DNA of 64,000 bases from a virus. Shown one piece after another: positions 25,100-35,961 of this stretch (the stretch's first letter is position 1; every line of letters starts with the position of its first letter). Both the position numbers and the translations under genes were made by a program. Under the pieces are notes generated by a model. That model was not told the DNA's origin and made no database searches. It saw only the letters and a list, made by a program, of their open reading frames with translations. The stretch is taken from positions 1-64,000 of the IMG/VR virus record IMGVR_UViG_3300045988_094428; one strand, written 5' to 3'.

Positions 25100-28063
25100 A
25101 TGAGTGAACTTCTGGATAAAATCATTGAAGCAAAAGGAGTTCTTGGTGATAGACAAGCAGAGATTATCGCAGAGGGTTATCCGCTTGAAGAGTGGAATCC
25201 AGAGAAAGGCTCTGCAAAATCTATCTTCAATGCTAACGACAATAATCCTTCAATGATGTGGATGAAAAAGGACTACTACTTTAAGGACTTCTCCACTGGT
25301 AAGGTGTTCGGTATCTTGGACTATTATATGTACAAGTTTGGTGAACCTTACATGAAGGCAGTTAAGCGTTTGTTAGATGAAACAAAGGTAAAATACGACC
25401 CATCTCTGTTTAGTTTTACAGCGCCAACTGAACAGAAGGATTATTTCAAGAACTTTAGATATCCTAAAATCGAAGATGATATTTCCGGTGTTGCGTTGGA
25501 GTATATGGCAAAGCGCGGTATTTCCGAAGAGACGTGTCGTTATGTCGGCCTTGGTTCTGATATGCATGGGAACGTTGCATATCAGTTTAGGGATTTGACC
25601 GGACGTGTTGTTACAGTCAAATATCGTCCTAGTCATGCAATTAAGAGTGGCGAACCAAAATATTTCTATCAGAAAAATGCTGATACTTGCCCTATTCTTT
25701 ATAACATTAACAAGATTGATATAACACAGCCGCTTTTGTTGACAGAGGGTATGAACGATACTATGGCCTGTATTGAGGCTGGCTTCAAAAACGTCGTAAG
25801 TATTCCATCTGGCGCAAATGATGATAACTGGATTAACTTTAACTATGAGTTCTTAGACCAGTTTGAAGATATTATCCTTTGGTTTGATAACGATGATGCT
25901 GGAGAAAGTGGTATGAAGAAAGCCATTCCTCGCCTTGGTGAATATCGTATTAAGATTGTCAAACCTACGGAGGATGATGAAGAAGCGGTTTATAATTACT
26001 ATCATAGCTTTAATGAGAATGTAGATATTCGTAAAACTGATGCGAATAATGTTTTGTTGGCTTGTGGTAGCGCAAGAATCCTCGCGTTGATTAACTCTGC
26101 CGAAGAAATTCCTATGGAAAGCGTTATCGACCTGATGGACGTTGAGGAATTTGATATTGAACAGACTGAATATATTCCGAGCGGTATCAATTCGCTTGAT
26201 AGACAGATTTACGGTTTCATTGACGGAACATTGAACATCTGGACTGCCTACTCGGGTTGTGTTGACTGTGACACAGAGTTCTTTGATGGTACTAAGTGGA
26301 AGCGAATTGCTGATTTCCAGAATGGCGATAAGGTGTTACAGTATAACGATGATGGAACAACGTCACTTGTTACTCCTTGGATTTATCATAAATACAAGGC
26401 AGATACGCTATGGCATTTTTCTGCCAGAGGAATTGACCAGTGCTTATCTGATGAACACAATGTATGTTATTGGGATTCTAATGGCAAAAGACGTGAGAAG
26501 ACGTTTGATGAAATTCATAAAATTCATGAGAAGAATGTAAATGGATTTAGCGGAAAATTTAAACGGTCTTTTGAGTATTCTGGCGTTGGCATTGATTTAA
26601 GTGATGCGGAAATTAAATTGATGTGCGCAGTTATTTGTGATGGTACTTTTACTCACAATAAAACTAACCTATGTAGATTCCATCTGAAGAAGGATAGAAA
26701 AAAAGTTGAGGTTCGTAAGATTTTTGACGAGTGTGGCATTAAATACACCGAGCGTGAATCCTCGGCAAATGGTTATACCGACTTTTATTTCTATGCCCCT
26801 CGCAGAGAAAAGGAATTTACAGATTATTGGTATGATTGCTCTTATGAACAACTGATGGTCATTTGTGACAACATCCTTTTTTGGGATGGCAGTATTGACA
26901 AAAAAGGTAGGCGTGTATTTTCAACGACAATCAAAAAAACGGCAGACTTTGTGCAGTTTGCCTTTAGTGCCACTGGTCGCGGTGCATCTATTGGCGTTGA
27001 TGACAGACGTGGGCAAAAATACATTACTTGTGGAAAGATATACACTAGAAAATCCGTCACATACCGTGTTGTTATTTCTGATAGGATTTTCTGTTCGATG
27101 ATTGCAAGAGAAGAATCGTCAAAAACAAAAATTGAGGAGTATAAAACTAAGGATGGATTTAAATATTGCTTTACTGTTCCGAGTCATACATGGATAATGC
27201 GCAGAAACAACTGTATTTGTGTCACAAATAACTGCGGTAAAACTACTATGATTTCTCAAACTGTAGTTCTTGAGGCGATTGATAAGGGAAATACGGTATT
27301 CTGGTTTAACGCCGAATCGACAACAAGCCAAATGTTGAACTGGGTTTTGGCTCAGGCGGCTGGTAGACAGCACTCTGTTGAGTATACTGGCGCTAACGGA
27401 TTCCAGTTCTATAAGCCGACTCCACAAGCGACGCAAGCTATTAAGCAGTATTATGCAAAGAAAATTTTCGTCTATGATAACTTGCTTTTGTCGAATCCAG
27501 ATATGGTTTTCAACAAGATGAAAGAAGTTTATAAGCGGTTTGGTACAAAAGTTTTTGTTCTTGATAACTGGCTGTGTCTGAATTTCCGTGGTATTTCTGA
27601 TACAGAGGTGACTGGTATTCAGGTTGATTTCATGAATAAATTGATTCATTTCACAAAGCAGAATGGGTTGGAAATTCATCTTGTTTGCCATCCTCGTAAA
27701 CAACAGGCCGGTATTCCTCTTTCCGAGTATGAGATTCTTGGTACATCTAACATTGTTAATATGGCTGATAGAATCTATGGACTCGAAAAGGTTTGGGACA
27801 ATGACTTGAAGGCGCTAGGTTACGACAGACAGTTTACGGTTTTTAAGGATAGAACGCTTGGAATCCATGGTGAAAGAATTGGACTCAGATATGACCGTGT
27901 AACCAGACGTTTGTATGGAGACGGTGATGATAAGTTCAAGCAGTATTCTTGGGATAAAGGTTTAATTAGATACAATACTCCTATTTTTGGTAAGAATGGC
28001 TTGCTTGTTGGCGATAGAGTTCTCGATTACGAGCAAGCCGCCGCCAACAATACTCCGTATTGA
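25100..28063 (+). CDS. DNA primase-helicase (TOPRIM primase + DnaB-like helicase) with an intein inserted in the helicase Walker A motif
   Basis: TOPRIM LLLTEGMNDTMACIE...WFDNDDAGE. Splicing 26257/27233 gives AYSG-CGKTT, i.e. GxxGxGKT. Helicase motifs downstream (IHLVCHPRKQ). Confidence 0.7.
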   Translation: MSELLDKIIEAKGVLGDRQAEIIAEGYPLEEWNPEKGSAKSIFNANDNNPSMMWMKKDYYFKDFSTGKVFGILDYYMYKFGEPYMKAVKRLLDETKVKYDPSLFSFTAPTEQKDYFKNFRYPKIEDDISGVALEYMAKRGISEETCRYVGLGSDMHGNVAYQFRDLTGRVVTVKYRPSHAIKSGEPKYFYQKNADTCPILYNINKIDITQPLLLTEGMNDTMACIEAGFKNVVSIPSGANDDNWINFNYEFLDQFEDIILWFDNDDAGESGMKKAIPRLGEYRIKIVKPTEDDEEAVYNYYHSFNENVDIRKTDANNVLLACGSARILALINSAEEIPMESVIDLMDVEEFDIEQTEYIPSGINSLDRQIYGFIDGTLNIWTAYSGCVDCDTEFFDGTKWKRIADFQNGDKVLQYNDDGTTSLVTPWIYHKYKADTLWHFSARGIDQCLSDEHNVCYWDSNGKRREKTFDEIHKIHEKNVNGFSGKFKRSFEYSGVGIDLSDAEIKLMCAVICDGTFTHNKTNLCRFHLKKDRKKVEVRKIFDECGIKYTERESSANGYTDFYFYAPRREKEFTDYWYDCSYEQLMVICDNILFWDGSIDKKGRRVFSTTIKKTADFVQFAFSATGRGASIGVDDRRGQKYITCGKIYTRKSVTYRVVISDRIFCSMIAREESSKTKIEEYKTKDGFKYCFTVPSHTWIMRRNNCICVTNNCGKTTMISQTVVLEAIDKGNTVFWFNAESTTSQMLNWVLAQAAGRQHSVEYTGANGFQFYKPTPQATQAIKQYYAKKIFVYDNLLLSNPDMVFNKMKEVYKRFGTKVFVLDNWLCLNFRGISDTEVTGIQVDFMNKLIHFTKQNGLEIHLVCHPRKQQAGIPLSEYEILGTSNIVNMADRIYGLEKVWDNDLKALGYDRQFTVFKDRTLGIHGERIGLRYDRVTRRLYGDGDDKFKQYSWDKGLIRYNTPIFGKNGLLVGDRVLDYEQAAANNTPY
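26258..27232 (+). mobile_element. Intein (~325 aa) with LAGLIDADG-type endonuclease region in the primase-helicase P-loop
   Basis: Begins CVDCDTEFFDG (Cys1), ends ...VTNN followed by Cys+1 (CGKTT); internal AVICDGT and LFWDGSI DG motifs. Confidence 0.55.
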
Positions 28064-28075
28064 TGAGGTGACGTA

Positions 28076-29734
28076 ATGGCAAATTATACAATTTACCATC
28101 TTCATACCATGCTAAGTAATGCAGTAACAAATATCGACTCAGTTACTACGTTTAAGCAATACATAAAAAGAGCACAAGAGTGCGGTATGACCGCACTTGC
28201 TTTTTCAGAGCATGGTAATATTTTTGAATGGGTTCACAAGAAAGACGCTGTTGAAGCCGCTGGTTTGAAATATATTCATGCAATGGAGGCATATCTTACA
28301 GAGCGCATTCCAGATGAGGGCGAAGAAAAAATTCGTGATAACTACCACTGTGTTTTGATTGCCAAAAACTGGGAGGGTGTTAAGGAACTTAACCGTTTAC
28401 AAGGAAAGGCATTCAATAGAACAGACGGTCATTACTACTACGCACCGAGAATTACATTTGCTGAATTATTTGCTACAAGTAATAATATCATTATTACCAC
28501 AGCTTGTGTTGCATCTGCATTATGCAAAGGAACAGAAAGCGCGAAGGCGTCATATCTTAGATTTCTGACGAGACATAAAGATAGATGCTTCTTGGAAGTT
28601 CAGCATCATAATACGCAAAAGCAGTTTGAGTATAATAGATATTTGGCAAATCTGTCTAAGGAAACTGGTCTTAGATTGATTGCTGGTACTGATACGCATT
28701 GTTTAAACGCAGAGCATGAACTTGGTCGTAGCGCACTACAGCGTGGCAAGGGCGTTTTTTTCGATGATGAAGTCGGTTGGGATTTGACATGGAAAACCTA
28801 CGATGAACTTGTCGAGGCATATAGAACGCAAGATGCTCTCAGTGAAGAAGAATATATGTCTGCAATCAATAACACAAATGTTATGGCAGATATGATTGAA
28901 ACCTTTGAACTTGATAGAAGTTTCAAGTACGCAAAGATTTACGATGATGGTGAAAAAGTCCTCCGTGAAAAGTTGTTTGCGCCAGAAACTATCGAGCCGA
29001 TTATCAAGGAGGGATTTTCAAGAGAAGAAGTAACTGCGCGTTTGGAGCAGGAAATTGACACTTTTAAGGCTTTGAACGCAACTGACTTTATTCTTCTCGA
29101 AGACCATATTGTGCGTTGGGAGCATTCGCATGATATGTGGCAAGGCCCTGCGCGTGGAAGCGCCGCTAGTTCCTTGGCTTTGTACGCTTTGGGCGTGACA
29201 GAAGTGAACCCATTGAAATATGGATTTTATTTCTGGCGATTCATGGATAAATCTAAGTACAGCTTGGCTGATGTTGATATGGATAACTCGGCAAAAGACC
29301 GTGATAAACTGAAGTTCTGGATGTTGAACGACCACCTAGACCTTCCGAATGTCAAGACTTGTGAAATTATTACGTTCAACACAATCGCATTAAAGGGCGC
29401 AATTCGTGATATTGGACGTGGATTGGATATGCCTCTCGATGAGGTTGATACGATTGCAAAAGCTGTTCATGAAGTAGCAGTCGATGAAGAAAAGATTGTT
29501 ACTATTGATGATAGCTGGCGTAAGAAATATCCAGAGTTGTTCAAGTACGTTGATATTGTTATTGGCACTATCGTTAGCATCGGTTCTCATCCGTCTGGTG
29601 TTGTTGTTTCCGACCATGACATTGAATCGGAATTTGGCCTGTGCTATCTAAAAGATGACCCCTATCCTGTCTCCTGCATCAATATGAAGGAACTTGATTC
29701 CCTTAATTTTACCAAACAGGATGCCCTTGGGTAA
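28076..29734 (+). CDS. dnaE: DNA polymerase III alpha (DnaE-like), N-terminal portion (PHP domain through the finger region); reading frame leaves the polymerase around 29711-29734
   Basis: PHP-domain start YHLHTMLSNAV...ALAFSEHGNIFEW. C-terminal end ...CINMKELDSLNF aligns to the DnaE LLKMDF box. Confidence 0.6.
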   Translation: MANYTIYHLHTMLSNAVTNIDSVTTFKQYIKRAQECGMTALAFSEHGNIFEWVHKKDAVEAAGLKYIHAMEAYLTERIPDEGEEKIRDNYHCVLIAKNWEGVKELNRLQGKAFNRTDGHYYYAPRITFAELFATSNNIIITTACVASALCKGTESAKASYLRFLTRHKDRCFLEVQHHNTQKQFEYNRYLANLSKETGLRLIAGTDTHCLNAEHELGRSALQRGKGVFFDDEVGWDLTWKTYDELVEAYRTQDALSEEEYMSAINNTNVMADMIETFELDRSFKYAKIYDDGEKVLREKLFAPETIEPIIKEGFSREEVTARLEQEIDTFKALNATDFILLEDHIVRWEHSHDMWQGPARGSAASSLALYALGVTEVNPLKYGFYFWRFMDKSKYSLADVDMDNSAKDRDKLKFWMLNDHLDLPNVKTCEIITFNTIALKGAIRDIGRGLDMPLDEVDTIAKAVHEVAVDEEKIVTIDDSWRKKYPELFKYVDIVIGTIVSIGSHPSGVVVSDHDIESEFGLCYLKDDPYPVSCINMKELDSLNFTKQDALG

Positions 29735-31088
29735 ACAATCCTGCCCAAGTAAAAGCGAGTTATATGCTGGGAAGTGCTTAGAGCCTCAGTTACCAAAGTG
29801 TGACAATACTGAGGATTGCACAATCAGCAGGCACGATAAGTTCTGCCTCAACGACTATGGGAATATCCCAACTGTCATAGAGTGATTTATGACAGTAACC
29901 TCGCTGAAATGATATAGTCTGGTCTGCATTTAATAGTGCAGAGTCAAGCAGAAATGACTTGACATTTTGTTTGCTTTCTGATATAATATATGTAAAGGTG
30001 GTGATTGTATGGCGAAAGCAAGATATACGAAAGTGTAGTTCTATAATGAAATACTCCGGTTGTATAAAGAGTATGGCGAGATAAACCAAAATATCTACGC
30101 AAAACACACAAGTCTTGATGTTAGCTTTAGACAGTATTGTAATAAGTACGGTGGATTAAAGCAGATATGTAAAGACCTTGGAATAGAGTATAGCTATTAT
30201 AATGAAGTTTCCAAAGAGCAAGCGCTTGAACGTGGGCGAATGTTGCTAGAGCAATATGGATTCTTGCGAAAGGAACTTTGTCAAAAGAACGGAATATCAT
30301 CTAGTACAGTTGCGAAACTGTTTGGAAGTTATCAAAACTTTTATAAGGAAGTTGGATATAACACAGACTTTCGTAGAGATGTTCCAGTTGAAGCTGTAAG
30401 AAAAGATATACTCGAATTTATAACCGAAACTGGTTCTAAGTCAATTACAGACTACAAGAAAGCGCATCGGTATTCACAATCTATAATTGATAGATGTGGT
30501 GGGTGGCATACAATTCTTGTTGATATTGGAGTAGAACCAAAGAAATGGCGTAATGGTAAAGACAATATAATCAAACAGACACGTGAATTGATAAACAAAT
30601 ATGGTTATCTGTCAAGTAAACTAATAGAAGATAATTGCGATTTTACTTTGCAAGCGTTGGAGTATTACTTAGGAAACGCTGATAGTATTTGCAAATATTT
30701 CGGTAATGAGCATTTATTTGACTACGGCAGAAGTAGTCAAGAACTCAGAATAGCAGAGTTACTCGAAGATATTCTAGGTGTCGGGAATTTTTCACGTGAA
30801 GTTGCATGGGATTGGTTGTTGTCAGACAGCGGCAATCATCTGTATGTGGACTTTTATATTGATTCTTTAAAAGTTGCGATAGAATATGACGGTGAGCAAC
30901 ACTACAAATACGTTGAAAGGTTTCATAGAAATTATGATGGGTTTCTTGAATATCAGCGTAGAGATAATATAAAGAGTTCGTTGCTTGCAGAACATAACAT
31001 CAAACTTATTAGAATATCATATACGCAAGAAATATCAGAAAAATATCTAAGAGATATATTAAGCAAACAAAATTAACAAAATTACGTG
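29711..31088 (+). mobile_element. ~1.35-kb intervening sequence splitting dnaE (putative group I intron, boundaries approximate), carrying an endonuclease ORF and an internal promoter
   Basis: The DnaE alignment resumes in the next ORF (xDNVGIINE... vs TLTIINW...; AIMQEPQMAFVQEFCGYDFLRADKLRKIIGKK vs the DnaE YQEQVMQIA...GADLLRRAMGKK). Internal promoter gactTGACAttttgtttgctttctgaTATAAT at 29959-29988. Confidence 0.4.
30060..31076 (+). CDS. Endonuclease with C-terminal DUF559/Vsr-like PD-(D/E)XK domain, encoded inside the dnaE intervening sequence
   Basis: VDFYIDSLKVAIEYDGEQHY...RDNIKSSLLAEHNIKLIRI matches the Vsr-like restriction-endonuclease fold common in free-standing and intron-encoded HEGs. 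Confidence 0.5.
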   Translation: MYKEYGEINQNIYAKHTSLDVSFRQYCNKYGGLKQICKDLGIEYSYYNEVSKEQALERGRMLLEQYGFLRKELCQKNGISSSTVAKLFGSYQNFYKEVGYNTDFRRDVPVEAVRKDILEFITETGSKSITDYKKAHRYSQSIIDRCGGWHTILVDIGVEPKKWRNGKDNIIKQTRELINKYGYLSSKLIEDNCDFTLQALEYYLGNADSICKYFGNEHLFDYGRSSQELRIAELLEDILGVGNFSREVAWDWLLSDSGNHLYVDFYIDSLKVAIEYDGEQHYKYVERFHRNYDGFLEYQRRDNIKSSLLAEHNIKLIRISYTQEISEKYLRDILSKQN

Positions 31089-32621
31089 GATAACGTGGGT
31101 ATTATCAATGAAACTTGTAAATTAGCTGGCATCGAGAGATTGTCACCTAAGACGATTGACTTTGAGGATGATGCAGTTTGGAATAGTATCAAGGAAGATA
31201 CATCTTTGATTTTTCAGATGAACTCCAACTATGGTCAGCGCACAGTTGATAAGATGTTGTCACCAGAGGTTTACAGCAAGATTAAGAAGCAGATTCCTAA
31301 TATGACACGTTTGGATTTGCTGACGTTCATCAATGCTCTTATTCGTCCTTGCGGCAAGGGAGTTTATGATGATGCGACGAACGGCATCGTATCTAAAACA
31401 GGAATCAGAGAGATTGATGATTTGCTTGGTTCTTCTATGGGCTATGCAATTATGCAGGAACCTCAGATGGCTTTTGTTCAGGAGTTCTGTGGTTATGATT
31501 TCTTGAGAGCTGATAAACTTCGTAAGATTATCGGCAAGAAACTTGGTACACGTGACCAGCTTCCTATTATTAAGGAAGGTTGGGAAAAGAACGCAAAGGT
31601 CAAATATCATTTAACCGATGAGCAGTCTGACAAGATTATCAATCCGTTCTTACAGTGTATTCTCGATGCTACACGATATTCATTCTCGCTGGTTCATAGT
31701 TTGAGCTATTCTTGCATCAGCTATGAATGTGCATATCTGCGTTATCATTATCCGTTACAGTATTTGACTTCTTGCCTTAACGCATGGAACGGTGACGATA
31801 ACAAGACAGCAGAAGCTATTGAATACGCAAATAGTCGCAAGGTAAAGATTCTTGCGCCTAAGTTCAGACACGCAAAGGCAGAATATTTCTATGACCTTTC
31901 TACAAACAGTATTTATAAAGGTACGAGTAGTATCAAGGGATTAAATGCAGGGTATTCTGATTTCTTGTATTCTTTGAAGGATAATTCTTACAAGACATTT
32001 ACAGACCTACTGTACGATATTCAGGCATCTGGTATGCCTCGTGACCAAGTTGAAACTTTGATTAAACTTGACTACTTTGAGGAGTTTGGCACTTGCAGAG
32101 AGTTGGCAACAATCTTTAAGCAGTTCCAGTTCTTTAAGAAGGGCGAAGCGAAAACGATTGCTAAGAGCAAGATTCCAGACGAGATTACAATGAGCATTAT
32201 TAAACGCAATGCTAACGAAACCGAAAAGCAGTTTAATAAGCTGAATTGCCATAATATCTTAAATGAGATTGAACAGTACATTATGACAATGAATCTTGGT
32301 GATGTTGACATTAAAACCAAGATTGCTAATCAGCTTGAGTATATGGGTTACATTGGCATTAAGACTGACAAACCCGAAGATAGACCTAAAATTGTCATTC
32401 TTGAAATGAAGGTTATGAAACAGCGTGAATCTGTTGAGCCTTGGGGCGTTATCATTGATGCGCAGTCTATCGGTTCTGGTAAGCGCAGTTCTTATACAGT
32501 TCCTTATAAACTGTATAAACAGTGTAAGTTCAACAAGAATGATGTAATTAAGATTCGTGATTGGTATAAGAACAAACGTGGTTATTTCTATATTACTGAT
32601 TACGAGTTCGTGTTTATGTAA
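31086..32621 (+). CDS. dnaE: DnaE-like polymerase, C-terminal portion (palm/fingers to C-terminus)
   Basis: MQEPQMAFVQEFCGYDFLRADKLRKIIGKK and downstream segments align to Pol III alpha. Confidence 0.6.
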   Translation: MDNVGIINETCKLAGIERLSPKTIDFEDDAVWNSIKEDTSLIFQMNSNYGQRTVDKMLSPEVYSKIKKQIPNMTRLDLLTFINALIRPCGKGVYDDATNGIVSKTGIREIDDLLGSSMGYAIMQEPQMAFVQEFCGYDFLRADKLRKIIGKKLGTRDQLPIIKEGWEKNAKVKYHLTDEQSDKIINPFLQCILDATRYSFSLVHSLSYSCISYECAYLRYHYPLQYLTSCLNAWNGDDNKTAEAIEYANSRKVKILAPKFRHAKAEYFYDLSTNSIYKGTSSIKGLNAGYSDFLYSLKDNSYKTFTDLLYDIQASGMPRDQVETLIKLDYFEEFGTCRELATIFKQFQFFKKGEAKTIAKSKIPDEITMSIIKRNANETEKQFNKLNCHNILNEIEQYIMTMNLGDVDIKTKIANQLEYMGYIGIKTDKPEDRPKIVILEMKVMKQRESVEPWGVIIDAQSIGSGKRSSYTVPYKLYKQCKFNKNDVIKIRDWYKNKRGYFYITDYEFVFM

Positions 32622-33130
32622 GGAGGCATTCTATGTGGCTACTTTGTAGCGTATCAGATAACGAGCTTCTTGCTCCAAGTATTTGCAGTTCGAAGGAACT
32701 CGCGTTAAGGAAAATGGATAGCAGTATCAATTTTATCCTTAATGACTTAGATAGTGATGGTATCGACTATGATACACACGTTGGCTCTGATGGATTGAGC
32801 TATCAGATTGTATGTGACGATAATATTTGGACTTGGAAGATTTTCCATTTGGAAATGAAGGTGGCGTAAAATGAAGGTAGAAATTTCTTACGATAAGATT
32901 GAGACGCTTGATGGAAAAAAGGTAAAACTTGACGTTGACAATATTTTGTCACGTAAACTATCTGTCGCAGATAGATTCAGAAAATTCTTGCTAAAGAATA
33001 AGGATGTTGTGTTTACTGCGATTGATACAAAAAAAGGCACTAAGTTCACTGGTATCGCTTATGAGTTAGCAGAGGATAATTCTCCTGTTAAGTGGTTATT
33101 TTACGCGGATGATTTAATTGCTGTTGAGGG

Positions 33131-33637
33131 GTGATTGTTATACATAAGGTTATTGTTATCAATGGTATGCCGAGAAGCGGCAAAGACACCTTCGTATCTT
33201 TCGCCAGTAAATATGCTACAACTACTAATTTCTCAAGCGTTGATTTCGTAAAAGATGTAGCGCATTTTGCTGGATGGAATGGCGAAAAAGACCTAAAGTC
33301 TCGTTTATTCCTTAGCAAGCTCAAAGAATTACTTACTGAATATGATGATATTCCATATAAGAAAATTGCTGAAGAGATTCATTGGTTTAAGAGTCAGCCA
33401 GAACAGGAACTCTTGTTTATACATATTAGAGAGCCGGGTGAAATCGCACGTATTGTAAGAGATTTCGGTGCAATAACTGTTTTGGTTAAACGTGCAAACA
33501 ATCAGCAAATTGTATCTAACGATTCTGATAAATATACGGAGTCTTATAATTATGATTTCGTTTTGAACAATGATAGTGACCTTGACGCTTTAGATGCGAA
33601 AGCGCGAGGTTTCGTAAATTATTTAAAAAGAGGTTAA
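33131..33637 (+). CDS. Deoxynucleoside monophosphate kinase-like P-loop protein
   Basis: VIVINGMPRSGKDTF Walker A of the T4 gp1-like dNMP kinase type. Confidence 0.4.
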   Translation: MIVIHKVIVINGMPRSGKDTFVSFASKYATTTNFSSVDFVKDVAHFAGWNGEKDLKSRLFLSKLKELLTEYDDIPYKKIAEEIHWFKSQPEQELLFIHIREPGEIARIVRDFGAITVLVKRANNQQIVSNDSDKYTESYNYDFVLNNDSDLDALDAKARGFVNYLKRG

Positions 33638-33648
33638 GGAGTATAACG

Positions 33649-34161
33649 ATGGTTAAGTTTGAAAAGATTAGTTATGAGCAGTTTGAAAAAGATTATGTCG
33701 CAATTTTTGGTGACGAAATTGAAAAGGGCTGTATTAAGAACATCTATGACAGTTTGAGACTTCCGAGACGTAGCACTACAGGCTCTTGCGGTTATGATTT
33801 CTTTAGTCCATTCGAGTTCATTCTTGAAGAGCCTAACGCAGAGCTTATTATTCCAACTGGTATTCGTGCGATTATGGACGATGATAAGTTTTTGATGATT
33901 GCACCTCGTAGTGGTCTTGGCACTAGGCACTATATGCGTCTTGCCAATACTATCGGTATCGTAGATAGTGATTATTCTAAGTCTGATAATGAAGGTCATA
34001 TCTTCATTAAGTATCGTCTTGAAAATCACAACTCTGATAGTGTAAATGTGAAAACTGGAATGGCTATTGCACAGGGTATCTTTATGAATTATCTAAAGAC
34101 GAATGACGATGATGCGGACGGGCTTCGTAATGGTGGATTCGGTAGCACTGACAAAAAGTGA
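33649..34161 (+). CDS. dut: dUTP diphosphatase (dUTPase)
   Basis: Motifs PRSGLG, GIVDSDY, and C-terminal RNGGFGSTD (motif V). Confidence 0.7.
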   Translation: MVKFEKISYEQFEKDYVAIFGDEIEKGCIKNIYDSLRLPRRSTTGSCGYDFFSPFEFILEEPNAELIIPTGIRAIMDDDKFLMIAPRSGLGTRHYMRLANTIGIVDSDYSKSDNEGHIFIKYRLENHNSDSVNVKTGMAIAQGIFMNYLKTNDDDADGLRNGGFGSTDKK

Positions 34162-35226
34162 GGTGTCTAAATGCAGGATGAGTTAAAAAGCATCGAGAAA
34201 CTTAAACCTTGGGAGTTTCTCAAGAAATATTGTTATCCTTGGCTTGGCGCAGAGGTAGATTATCCAGATTTATTCGGCAAGTATGGGATGACATATTGCG
34301 GAATTGGGGATAAATGGTGCTGGTATTCAGAAAAAGATGTGCGTGTTTTGAACGATACAAACTGGGATAAAGGCCGGACATACTGTAAAGTAACTGACGT
34401 TACATTCGAAGAAGCGTATAAGATGGTAGCACTTACTACTGCTTATTGGCAACCTATGCACGATAAAGAGTTCGAGGAATATAACGAATATAAGCGACTT
34501 GACATGATTCGTAGACTCTTTATGAATCATCCAAAAGAGCGCGCGAAGTATTTCAAAGATTGCCCAGACGAGAAAGATGTATATTATGAGAGATTCCCAG
34601 AGGAGAAGGCACTATATGAAACTGAGTAATTTCTTTTTGCACTTAAAGAAGATTATCGTTCATAGGTATTGGGTATTTTACTTTTGTTGCAAAGCTGGTA
34701 TCCCTTGGCAAGGGATTACCCACGACCTTAGCAAGTTTTCGCCGGTTGAGTTTTGGGAGGGTGTGAAATATTATCAAGGCAACAGAAGCCCCATTGATGC
34801 TTGCAAAGAAGAGAATGGTTACTCTATGGCGTGGCAACACCATAAAGGACGTAACCCACATCACTATGAATATTGGCAAGATAATTTTGATAATGGTGGA
34901 ATACCGCTAAAAATGCCATATAAATACGCGCTTGAAATGGTGTGTGATTATCTTGGTGCAGGACGAGCATATATGGGCAAAGCCTTCACATTAGATAAAG
35001 AATGGCAATGGTGGCTTGGCAAGTGTTCCAAGCCTATTGCAATGCACCCACAAACTAAGAAGTTTGTAAATTGTATGCTTTGGGAGATTAAAGAGGATAA
35101 TTCTTATAACGCACTGAAAGACTATTCACGTGCGATTTATGATAATGCAAATATTGATACGGGGGTGGTTTTTTGATTGATGTCAAATCTTATGTTTAGA
35201 AGCGAAAGACGGATATACAAGATTAT

Positions 35227-35961
35227 TTGTCTAAAATAAAGCCGTCGAGGGATACGCTCGTAATAATTCAGTTTGGTGACAATCCGGCAAGCAATGCTTA
35301 TGTAAATGGAAAGATGCGTGATTGCGAAGAGGTTGGATTGCGCACGATAAGATATAAACTTTCAGTAGATACTGAATATGCAGAAGCGTTGAGAGTTTTA
35401 ATAATGTCGCAAGAAAATCCAAAAGTCGCTGGTGTTATAGTTCAGTTGCCTGTTCCAGAGCATCTAAAAGGAATTGCGACACATATTAAACCAGAATTTG
35501 ACGTTGATGGATTTTTACCTGATACTAAGTTTGTCCCTGCAACTCCTAAAGGGGTAATTGAGTTATTGGATAACGAACTCAATTATAATTTTGTTGGGAA
35601 AGTTTGTACAGTAATTGGCAAAAGCCATATAGTCGGTGAACCGTGTGCAAATTTAATTAAAGGACGTGGGGCAACAGTAATTTGGTGTGATAGTCATACA
35701 GTTGATTTAAAAAAATGGTGTTTACAATCAGATTTAATTGTGACAGCCACTGGTAGACCGGGACTAATTACACCAGATATGATTAGGCCAGAAACTGTAG
35801 TGATTGATGTCGGGATTACTCGTGGTGATGATGGTAAGTTGTGCGGTGATGTTGATAAGTCTTGTTACTCTGATGATGCACTAATTACACCAGTGCCCGG
35901 TGGCGTAGGACTTCTTACACGAGTTGCACTACTTGAAAATCTAGTATATGAGGTGAAATAA
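35227..35961 (+). CDS. folD: FolD-like methylenetetrahydrofolate dehydrogenase/cyclohydrolase
   Basis: VIGKSHIVGEPCANLI...ATVIWCDSHT...VVIDVGI...PVPGGVGLLT matches the FolD NAD(P)-binding half nearly motif for motif. Confidence 0.7.
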   Translation: MSKIKPSRDTLVIIQFGDNPASNAYVNGKMRDCEEVGLRTIRYKLSVDTEYAEALRVLIMSQENPKVAGVIVQLPVPEHLKGIATHIKPEFDVDGFLPDTKFVPATPKGVIELLDNELNYNFVGKVCTVIGKSHIVGEPCANLIKGRGATVIWCDSHTVDLKKWCLQSDLIVTATGRPGLITPDMIRPETVVIDVGITRGDDGKLCGDVDKSCYSDDALITPVPGGVGLLTRVALLENLVYEVK

